Shown here piece after piece: positions 53,214 through 64,000 of a stretch of DNA of 64,000 bases. Position 1 is the stretch's first letter; each line of letters begins with the position of its first letter. The DNA is from Antedon mediterranea (taxonomy: Eukaryota > Animalia > Echinodermata). The notes under the pieces were generated by a model. It did no database searches. It saw only the letters and a list, made by a program, of their open reading frames with translations, and was not told the origin of the DNA. The position numbers and the translations under genes were made by a program. Location of the stretch: the NCBI RefSeq assembly GCF_964355755.1, contig NC_092676.1, forward strand, positions 21,718,871-21,782,870, read 5' to 3'.

Positions 53214-56200
53214 TCATGTGTCCTCCTCTGAATCTGCATTTGGATCTGGTGGTAGTGACATCTGACTGAAGCTCTCTTCTAAACTCACCATCTTTCCATC
53301 AGGTCCAACTTGCATTGGTTTGATTATTCCCTCCCTAAAAAATAATAAATTGCCGATTTGCTTTATAATATCGAATCCAACTCTTGCTGCATTGCTTGTA
53401 TCCTTATGCAAGATAATTTACTTACGTTTGCCTCTCTCCACCCAGGTGTATAAATGGGAACCCGGTTAGACCAAGACACAACTTTGCGCTGATTACTAGC
53501 TGCATTATGGGAGTATGTTTCCATGGGTGTTTGATCAGGAAAAAATGACTGGGGTAATAATGTTCAGCGCTTAAAGGTTTCACAACATTAGGCGCTATAT
53601 AAATCCAGGATATTATTATTATTATAATGGTTGCCTAATACAACTATATTTTACACAATGAAGTCTATGGAATATCCTATAATATACAGTAGTGTAGAAT
53701 GGTTCCAACAGTACTCTCTGTTCTACCAAACTGAAATACATCATTCTTTGTACCAGTTTTTCTAGTAAACAATTAGGTTTGGAAAGAATTGAACCAGCCT
53801 CAGTGGCATCAAAAACACATAATATAATATTTTACCTTGAAAGTTTAACACATAACTGAGCAAGTTGATGTGCTTCGTACTCTTTCTGCTCCTCGGACAT
53901 GCCCTCTAGTGGACTTGGCTTGTTTTCCTCTACCCTACCAGTCACTGGATTTATCCTTTTTGGTTTAAAAAAGGTACATGTAAATATATGGTTATTTGCA
54001 ACAGTACTAATGGGTAACTTCGGGACACCTCTATTCAGGGGACACCCATATTAACACCTTAATGTTACATTAAATGTTTGTTCATTTGGGCCGAATAAAC
54101 ATTTAGGGCATTGACAGCATGTTGACTGCATCGACATATAACATCAAAATGCACACTTTTTACAGTGCATTTTTAGCTAAAGCAAGTTACCAAATATGGA
54201 CTTTGAAATCTATCTCTATTTTCCCCCCAAGGACATAACTATACACACTACATTAGCTTATACAAGTGTTATGGGAGTACAAGTAGTCTTAATATGCCAT
54301 GGTATTCTATGTATATTCTATTAGACACAATTAGATTATACTTTATAATTCAATTAGTCTATTGTCACTCACTTGTCTATTACTCTTGTGTATGTTTCAG
54401 TGTCACTGTCTTCGTCTGAGCTATAGTCCCCATGCCCCTTGCCAAGTGTCATTAGACCTCTGCGGGCTAGCAATCCGGCTGCATTACCATATCCTGTGTA
54501 CTTCACCAGACGCCCAGCTGTGTCAATATAAAAAGACACACATATATATTATATAAAACCGCAAATTACTGAAAAAATGACAATGCTGTGGGTATCAGTG
54601 GTTGGATTTCAATGGAGATACAAAATAAAATAAGTAAAAAGCTAAATCAAAACGATGAAGTAAAACAGCCAAACAAAATTAGCAGAGCTTTCGGGCAACA
54701 CTAGCCCTTGTCAGTGCAAGTGTTATATATATGTTGAAGGCCATGTGTATGGAATTATTACATATGTATGTAAAGCCCAATCAGGGTGATGGCCAAATCT
54801 ACCAAAAAATACAATTACAAACAGAACCAGAACAAAAGTATACCATAAATTAATGCGATTGTACTTGTACTTACGATTCTCTTTACACAAAACGAACAAG
54901 AATTCTGCTACAATTTCTTTTACATTAGTGTTTGGGCTTGTCATAAGACGAACAAGTCTAAGAAAAGGAATGGAAATATTTATAATTAATGAAAAATGAA
55001 CCTCGAAAAATGATGTTTAGATACACACCTTACCAAAAGCAGCCCAGACATACAGTCAGAAGACTACTCAGCCTAAAGGCTGTAGGACAAATACACTTGT
55101 ACAGAATTAGATATCTCCTAGATTCACAAACTATGAACAGATTTGTTACAAATTCCTTCTGACACTATATGGATACGTACTGAATACTCATTCAATTAGT
55201 TATTTTGCTTACCTGTTTCTTGTTGTGTCGCCCTCTTCAGGTAGCTGTGAGCAAATGGTAGCAGTTAAAGGTGGTAAAATCTGTTTAAAAAGAAACGTTT
55301 ATTTAAATATATTTATTATTAATATATAATTTATGTGATATACTGAAATTTAATTAATTAATTTATTCTTAAAATGAGTTTCTACATTATAGGGGTGTCT
55401 CATTGGAATAGTACTGCTCTTACCACATCTTTAAGGTATTTCCGGATGATAGCTTCCGTCTTGGAAATTGCACACAGTGCGGTAATTGGAGGAGAAATCA
55501 ACTCAAAACCAGCTATTCTATTATTATTATCCTGGACCTGGAGAAAAAAAAATATAATTCAAAAATTTATAAATTAAAACTAACAAATCGTGCTATTGAT
55601 AAGCATTAGAAAAGATCTGAAATTTGGATGAGTGCTGGATATAAACAATGTTGTGTTTTTCTGGGTTTTGAAAAGTGCACTCATGATGTGTACACAGGAC
55701 CTCCAATTTATTTCTTATGTGATAATTTATTTTCTACCACCAGAACTATAGTCAAGGAGAAGCTGTACAAAATGTATGGCTATGATTTTCCGTGTCCCTT
55801 CCTTCTACGGCCACTCGACTTGACTTGCAATAATTTTAAATATCTTCCAGCGTGTGAATCGTTCCTTTTTACTCACTTCATCCAGCTTCTTGTTCATGAA
55901 CTTGAGCAGAATATCAACACACTCCATAGAATGTCCCATGTAAATGGATGCTCCTCCACAGGCGCCCTCATCGGATTCTGGTACAAGCTCTTTGACACAT
56001 ACCTTCGGCAAGAAGACAGTCAAGAAATTTGTGATGTGGCTGTAAAAATGAAATAGTTTACACCGATTAGTAATTTACCCAGAATATAAAAATTGTGTCT
56101 TGAATGTCCTTTCCTTCACCGTGAATGAAAACTCATACAATTATTTACACTTCTATTATATTCAAACACTGTTTTAAAATATAATAGAATATACAATACC

Positions 56201-58433
56201 CATGTAGCTTGTGAATATCTTCGTCTGTTGGTCCTTTTATTAGAAGCAACTTCTGTATAACATTTCCTAGAAGCTCCAATGTTTGATCGTTTTCCTTAAC
56301 ACAAAAAAAAAACGTTTACTTGTTTATCTTGGAAAAATCAAATATTGGGAATATTTTTAAAAACATGTCTAAACTATAAAGGATGCTATAATTGTTTTTA
56401 AATGACATCAAACCATAGAGGGTGCTATTCAAAAATATATCTAGATTGAACTTGGTTAATGCTAGGACACAACACAATTTCTGATGTGCAAAGAAATTTG
56501 ACCAATCGCCAGCAATGGATGATCCACTGCTTGTGATTTGTCAATGTGTTTACGTCCTAGTGACAAGCAAACTTAAACGCAAATGTACCTCATCAAGATC
56601 AGCATCTATCGTGACATTAAAAAAGCATTTGAGAACTTCAATCGCAAGTTGGAGTTGTTGACTTGTAATAGTGGTGTTATCTGGCTGTAGAATGTGGTCA
56701 TGTAGTGTTGATGTTAGCACTCGTACAGCATTGTAGTCCAGTCTGGCCATGCTCCTATAAAACACAAAAGAATTTTGTGAAAATCCTGCTATATGCATGA
56801 TAAGATCTGTCAACAATTTTAATAATGCATATTGTAAAAGAATAACAAAAAGTGACAATACCTCTACAAAATAATATAATTAAGCTTGTATAAAATGTCA
56901 TATATTTATTATCTCAATGCATTCAATTATTTAGTTGAAATAAAAAATTTGTATTTCACTTAAGTCAATAAACATTTGAGGATTTCACTTAAGTGGTACT
57001 CACAACCAAACATTTTAAAAACAGAATGAATAATTATACACTCTCACTAACCTGGTGTTTGGATTAAAAGCTGTTATTAGAAAGAGTAATCGCAGGTCGT
57101 AATATCTTGTATCGTGATTCAATGTAGAGTTATTCACGTTGTTGACTCTCATTAAAATATGCTGAACACAATCTCCATTACTGTAAAGAAATTACAATCC
57201 AATAATACATTTGTACCTGATTTAGCGCTCCATTTTAAAACCATTTGAAAATGTAAATGAATACAAAGTTATAATACCTCTTTTTGGAAAACCCCTTTAA
57301 GGGTACATTTTCTGATGAAACAAAAGTGGTACAATGTATGTACTAGAAGAAGTTCTTACCTGCTAATTTGTTGTACAGTCTGGCTGTTGTAGACTAAGTT
57401 ACATAAACATTTTTGTGCTTCTATCAAAGCTGTGTAGACAATGCAAACAGTAATAAACAAATTTAGAAATGGAATGTACTTTTAACTAACTTTGTTCTCA
57501 TTCATGGCAATATCATTCTGACCCTTTTATAATGGTCATTTTTCTGTGAAATGAATGATGTAAAAAATATGTTATTTGATGTAGGTTTGATATTTTTGAT
57601 ACATTCCTAATCTTACCATCTGTAATACAAGTTTCATTTGTAAGCCCAGCAAACTTCATAATTAAATTAACCCCGTCTTCTTCCTGTAGCTGTAACAGGC
57701 GATACTTGTCCCTGCTCAAGATTCGAACCATCTCCAAACACAGGCACTTGCACTCGTTACCATAATCTGCTTCCTCAAGGCATCGCAGCACATCACCTAT
57801 CAGTTTCTATTACAAAACAATAGCATTAGCATGCAATTACAATATTTATAAATCATATCAATCATCATTAAAAAAGAAAATTGGTCAAATACATGTCCTT
57901 TCTTCAAGTAGGCCTTAGTCAGGCTTAGTTAGGTAGTCTACAGTATCTACTTGTTTAATATAGTTATACTTACCCTTTTTGTTTCAGTTTTGAGTGGTCT
58001 AAAGGAAAATATTTGGGCATTCTGTAAAAAAAAAAAGATGCATGTAGAGTATTAAATATTTCTGTGTAAAAAATGTTATTACGCAACACCCCACCAGACC
58101 ACGCCTCTACCCTTCTCACCACATACGCAGCTTTCTTTCTGTCAGGTTAGCCTTTTCCATAGCATTTAAGATAGGCCTAGGGCCTAGGCCTGAGCCTAGC
58201 CCATCATTATACTATCTAGCCTCTAGGCCTAGGCTATACTTAGAGGCCTATATATGCCTAGCCTAGGTAAACTTCGTTATCATAAAATACAGTATTTACG
58301 TATTTAATCCATTTTATTTACCAATGGAATAATAAACACTTACCTCTTTATTAAATTCTTGCAATTTACTACATATTTGTGCTTCATTTCTGCTGTCAAA
58401 CACCGTAAACATTGACTGCACAAATTCTTCCAT
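53214..58433 (-). CDS. RIC8: Synembryn / RIC8 G-alpha chaperone and GEF
   Basis: 14 exons: 58433-58344, 58021-57974, 57806-57617, 57429-57360, 57180-57052, 56754-56589, 56294-56200, 56039-55877, 55537-55424, 55280-55213, 54957-54875, 54517-54373, 53955-53836, 53334-53214. Signatures: [94 protein letters not shown]. Confidence 0.93.
53371..53625 (+). mobile_element. 5'-truncated SINE (CORE/Meta-like centre, L2-type tail) in the last RIC8 intron
   Basis: B-box remnant tcgaatcc, then gcaag...gcctctctccacccaggtgtataaatggg. The tail is agcgctt...gcgctatataaat followed by (ATT)n. Confidence 0.65.
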
Positions 58434-58650
58434 TTTTGTCGCGACACAATAATTAAAATATTAATATTGACAAAATCCATGTCGTGATGTTGAAGATTAC
58501 CTAACGGTATAAAACATTAGATTTGATTTGCTAAATATCTGAAAGAATAACTAGTTATCCAATCACAATGTTTCTTTCATAGACAATAGACATTAGCCAT
58601 ATATAGTGATGATGGACGACGGAGAAACGCATTTTTTCGCAAAAACGAGG
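58434..58650. promoter_or_regulatory. Putative bidirectional promoter of RIC8 and FNBP4
   Basis: The start codons diverge and are about 620 bp apart (58433 on -, 59053 on +). CCAAT lies near 58559. A possible 5' UTR intron of FNBP4 spans 58650-58981 (GT..AG). Confidence 0.55.
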
Positions 58651-58872
58651 TATAAAATACAAGTAGTTTTCGTTGTTTTATTTTTAGTTTCAATATGAGT
58701 GGTAGTATCAATTTCTTTAATTATGAACCTTCATATTGGGTTAACAAATTATATATAATATAGGGTCGATTGGCAAATATTGTGTGTTTTGTTAGAAGGC
58801 CTACTGAAAACCAAATGCAAGGCCTAGCCTGCCTAATTAATTAGCTAGATTAAAGGAGGCCGTGTCGTCGAT

Positions 58873-59997
58873 GGCAGCACGACCATTCGGCCCGGGACCA
58901 TTCGGCCTATTGTCGAATATGCATTTTATAGATGTTTTTTTTTTTCTTTTCATGCTTTTAACATTCAATGTTTTTCTTCAGGGAAGATGATGGTTACAGA
59001 GTTTAAATTGTTGATTTGAAAACTACGACCGACTTATCAAAAGAAAACTAAAATGGGTAGGAAAAGGCAACTCCAATTAGCAAGTGCACCAAAGAGAAGA
59101 ACTGTTTTACAGTTAGATGACAATCGAGGTAACCGCTAATTTTTTTATTTTTTTTTAGGCATATCTATTGTTTAAAAATGGTTTTAATTTATATATGATA
59201 ATAAATCTAATAAAATGTTGTATGAAATATAGTAAACACTAGGCCTAGGCTAGGCCTATCTCTCGGTCTCATTTTTCTATACAAATTATAAAAACTGTGA
59301 TTTAACCACGGATGGTTAAAAAAAGTTTGATATGGTAAAGCAAACTCTTCTTACTTAAAAAGGTGAGGTAAGACATTAAGGTTCTATACACAGATGAAGA
59401 AATAATATATACAAAAATAATATATTCCCGAAAAGTTTCTGATAATATGGTTTAGGGACGATTCGGCCCACTTTTGGTGGGACGATTCGGCCCACTTTTT
59501 TTGGGCCGAAACATCCCACGTTGTGGGCCGAAACGTCTCACTTTAGACCAAATTCATATTCATTTTTTTGGGTATTATCAAGTTTTTAAAGGTGTTTAAC
59601 AATCCGTATTTTATTGATATTGACAATTTTGATATAATATATATAATAAATTACTAAAAAAACATAATTTTATATTCAATTTATTACTTCGAAAACCTTG
59701 TTTATTTCGTGCATGCATTCGCCAAGCAGCCAACAGAGGGTGTACCTTGTTTACATCGTTCGCGTGACTAAAAAATGATCATTTTTGACAATTTTTTCAA
59801 AATGTTTGCTTTATTGCATCTTTATCCCTAGTAGTACTACCCCATATTATAGTCTCTCTGGAAATAACGTTTGGGGAAAAAGCTTATTTTGTGCTTATAA
59901 AATGCATATCAAAGCCAATAAATTTAAGTGTGCCAAATCGTCTCAGGGCCGAATCGTCCCGGGCCGAATCGTCTCAGGGCCGAATCGTCCCGTTACC
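58873..59997. mobile_element. Repeat-TIR (GACGATTCGGCCC) MULE/foldback-like element remnants
   Basis: Left units gaccattcggccc x2 (58873-58907), internal units in both orientations (59455-59540) and right inverted units gggccgaatcgtc ending in gttacc (59932-59997). Confidence 0.55.
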
Positions 59998-62900
59998 GAT
60001 AATATATATATATTTCCTTATTTGTTTTCTTTAAAGGTACTACAAATAATCGAAGCAGCCCTGTTACAGTTAAACAAGGTAAGATTATTCGCTTTAATTA
60101 ATAATAATTAATTTTGCAGTGAATCAGCGAGAGAGAAATATACAATTTAAGATTCACATTTTAAATATCTCAAATGCAATATACAATTTGAAACCTGACT
60201 TTGAGTTTAATTCATAAACAATGTATAAGAATTTATTTTTACATTATTATTATTGTACATTACATTGCAGGTAACTCGTTAGGGTTGATAAGTCATTATG
60301 GAGAAGATAGTGAAGAGGAAGAAGAAGGTAACGAATTTACATAAATTCTCCGAAGTGTCTTGAGGATGTTTTTCCCTTCTTAGTACCCCATCCTCCTGCC
60401 TTAAAGTTGTTAAAACCTACCCCTAGAGTTTTCTCTACATCCCTAATTTATGCATCCATTATTAAATTTGCTTAAAATTTTGACATGAAGTACTAAGTTT
60501 CTGGTTTCTTTCATTTTTTACAGAAGAAGTACCAGCTAAGCCAAAAACAGAAATTGACTTGAAAGTGGCAGACTTCCTTGCGGTATGTACTGTTATGTTT
60601 ATATTCATATAAAAACATTTTGCATAAAAGTAACATAGTATTGATAGTTATATAAAGTTTACTGTTTTTTGTTAAAAGTATTGACATTTTTATACAAAAA
60701 AATGAACGTTCAATAGTGCCGGTCATCGTTAATTAGTTCAAAATAATGACCAGCATGTGATGCGTAATTAGCCAATCAAATGGCAAGAATATAACCAAGT
60801 GTGTTAAAAAAATATATCTTATTATTTCTGGTATTGTAACAATTTAATTCCCCTGAAATGTTGTTAAACTTTTGTGGTGCCCCGCCAATCATTTGATCAA
60901 ACCATTAACATTAAGTAAACTAAAAGTTTAATTTTAAATTTTTTTTAATAAAACTTTGTTTCTATTTATAACAGGAGATAGAAGCATTAGACACTCCAAC
61001 AGGCAGTGGATCCAATACACCTAGAGAAGAGATTGTTGATGAGGAATCTGTTGAAGTATCAGAACAACCTGCTGCACAAACTACAGAACAATCTGCAGAA
61101 CAAATAGGTATTTAGAGTAAATGTATTTGTCAGAACTGTGACACATGTATATTCAAATATGCATTTTATGCACTTGACAGCCTTAATTGCTTCCAGACAC
61201 ACTTAATAAATAATAATTAAATAGATAGTGCCCGTACATTAGAAGGGTAATGGCAATCAATATCTCTGATTGTGACTTCGGTCAAGAAATACCAACAACA
61301 GAATTTAAAAGTGTTTGAGGTTTAGGAGAAAAGAGTTGATTCAGTGCTACTATAGTATATAAGATTAATTTAAATTATGCAGTCATTTAAGATAATTTGT
61401 GTTTTCTAAATCCATAGGTGAATGGCAGGAGCTACTAGATCCAAATACAAACTGCATGTATTTTTGGAACACAGTAACCAATGAAGTTACATGGGAACTG
61501 CCACAGTCACTTCAGAACGTAGCAGAACCTTCAACTTCTGCATCCTCTGTGACTACTTCTGCAAACCACACAATAAACAATAAACATAACATCAATAAAG
61601 AGGCAGAGCCTAGTATCCCAGAAGTCCCAGAAGTGCCAGAAAATGACACTGAAGATATGGAGGTTGACGCTTCACCAGCATTTCCTCTCTTTGGACCTAA
61701 AGCACCAAAGCCAGACTTGGATGCAGACTTAAGTAAAGCATCGACAGCTGTTAATCAGGATTTAAAAAAAGAAAAGCCAGATATTTCTAAAGAGTACGGG
61801 ATATTTGTCAAAGGTGAGCCTTTGGTGCCATCTAATGAAAGAGATTATGATATTTTTGCGGACAAATCACCGGTTAAGGAGGTGAAAGAGGGAAATGATG
61901 TCCAGGGCAGAAGTGACAATGAAGATGATCATTCTATGGAGTCAGAAGAGAAGGAAGATGGTTCCACAATTGATGGACAGGCAGCGGAGGAAGAAGATGC
62001 AAAGGATTCAGCGTTGGAATTTGATGAAGACGATATTGATGCCCAGTTAGAAATGGCACTTGAACAGAAAAAAGTAAGCTTCTTTTACAGTATATATTGC
62101 CTACTAAATTCTGAAACTTCAAATTAAAGTAATATTATACAGTTTAAATGACATGTGCAGACAGACTTACTTTATATGAAGACCGAAAACCAGAGAGATC
62201 AGATTGTAGCATTTGCTGCAATATCCTGGATGAGGAATACACAGTACAGGCAATTATTAATCTACTAAAGCTCTGTCTAGTTTGACAAAAACAAAATGTG
62301 ATATGCCCAAATATGGTAGTGGTATGCCCAAATATGGTAGTGATATGACATCATCATTTTTTTTTTGTCACATAAAGTGTGATAGTGTAGACTGAGATTT
62401 ATGATTGTTGTTTTTTCATTTTATAGGCAGAGTTACGGGTTCTTGATGAAATTGAGCCATCTGATTCATCTGAGGAAGTGACTACAGTACAAAAGCGCAA
62501 ACAAGATGAAATGTCTGAGAATATTTACAGTAAGTTTAAACTTTTAACATTGTCTTGAAGGGAATAGATTTCTGCATGCCATCTCAAAGCAGAATTAATG
62601 AATAAAGATATCGAAGAACAAAAAATTTATATTTATCGTAACGTTGTGAAACTCAACAGAACTAAATATATGTGGTGTATTGCAAACTTTATATCAACAT
62701 TTGATTTCACCATGAAAACCTTAAAAAAAAAAAATAATAGGTTAACAGGAAACAGGCCAAGAAGTACAGGGAAAATATTTGACATATTAATTGAAAACTT
62801 TGCCATTTTAATGGTTTTTTGTTTATGTTGTGTCTAATATGTTCTTGTAGCCATCTTCTTCTGAAGACACATGACTGACATTGACGGATACTTGGTATCA

Positions 62901-63871
62901 GTTGACTTCACTGCTGGTGTACTGTACTCGAGATCTATGTTTATACAATGCTATATACACTTTTATTTTAATTATTGAATAAATATTGAACTTGCACCGT
63001 TTATTCTTTTAATCACAAAAAATGTTTTGCTTATTTCTAGCCGAAAATGGAGAGATAAATCTGCTTCCATTCAAGAAGAAACGTATGGAAATGCTAAAAG
63101 GTCAGAAGCAGGCATTAATGGAAGACAAAGCCACACAGTGCGATGACCTGGACGTAGCAGAAGCTGCAAATGAAAAGACCAAACAGAAATCAAAAGAAGA
63201 AGCAGATCTGAAGGTAAGCTATAACTGAAATTGAGTTCAGATGAAAAAAGGCATATATAAAGACATCTGCAAACTATAGAAATTAATACAGACTTTCACG
63301 ATAACTAGACATTTTATGCCAGCACAGCGGTATATGGTTTGACAATCTAAGTATTTATTCCAATTATAACGTTTTGAAGGTTACTATCAGTATCTATATT
63401 ATACAGAGTGGTATTATTTATTACATTCTACAATAAATTTAATTGGTTAGTATACAAATAATGAATGTTTATGAGTGGAATGGTACAAATAATTTCATAA
63501 ATACACAAAACTCTCATGAGAGCATTTCTAAAGCATTATTGATATGCTGTTTGTAAGAGTTTGCGCCCTCTGGCCTTCCATCAACAAAAATAGAAATACA
63601 CCATGATTGCGAGCATTTATTTTTTATCATGTTACCCACAATCGTCCAATGAAATGACAGGAATATATCTAGGTGTTATATAGTTTATATGTTTAGTAGG
63701 ACTTTCTCCCAGTGCACTATTATGTTTGAACATTTATATCTATTGTTTTATTGTTGTTCTTCATAGGCTGAAATTGCTGGAGTGACATCAGATTTAAAAA
63801 GCAAGCTTGGATTTCTGGGAATGTCAAGGAAAGATCTCAACAAATTTCACATACTTTTGATTGAAATTGAG
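59053..63871 (+). CDS. FNBP4: Formin-binding protein 4 (WW-domain protein), 5' part; continues beyond the window
   Basis: In-frame exons: 59053-59128, 60037-60078, 60271-60327, 60524-60582, 60975-61107, 61418-62073, 62427-62529, 63041-63213, 63767-63871. Motifs: MGRKR..RRTVLQL, LGLISHYGEDSEEE, VADFLAEIEAL, WW domain (GEWQELLDPNTNCMYFWNTVTNEVTWELP), ALEQKKAELRVL, SKLGFLG..FHILLIEIE. Confidence 0.88.
62269..62398. mobile_element. Harbinger-like MITE family B copy (internally deleted)
   Basis: agctctgtctag...tgcccaaatatggtagtg x2...tgatagtgtagactgag. Confidence 0.65.
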
Positions 63872-64000
63872 GTATATAGAAATCATTTGTCAAGTAAAAT
63901 GGAAACATATTAAACAATATCCGACATTTTTATAATGTCACTAATTTCCTTAGTCAAACAATTTTTTTTACAATAAAACTTCCAAAGTTCTGTGTTTCTC

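Overview
AT-rich, intron-rich animal genomic DNA. It is probably from an invertebrate deuterostome such as an echinoderm; this is an inference from a Deu/Nin-domain SINE and the gene architecture. Host genes in order: the 3' end of a tandem-repeat LRR gene (+), SYF2 (-, 6 exons), a complete 23-exon LRP5/6 (arrow) Wnt co-receptor (+, about 39 kb), RIC8/synembryn (-, 14 exons) and the 5' part of FNBP4 (+). SYF2/LRP5-6 and RIC8/FNBP4 are head-to-head pairs. The introns carry many mobile elements: an apparently intact two-ORF CR1-group LINE, a 4.2-kb Academ-type DNA transposon forming a giant palindrome, Harbinger-like and Tc1/mariner-like MITEs, foldback elements, SINEs and minisatellites. The most unusual signals are: (1) the palindromic Academ derivative; (2) dense TA-xxx-TA motif clusters resembling transposon excision footprints, with different types near promoters and in introns; (3) related repeat-TIR elements at both divergent promoters, one bracketing the FNBP4 start exon; (4) a LINE ORF2 with no usable AUG. 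All exon boundaries were read by eye from GT-AG signals and frame continuity.
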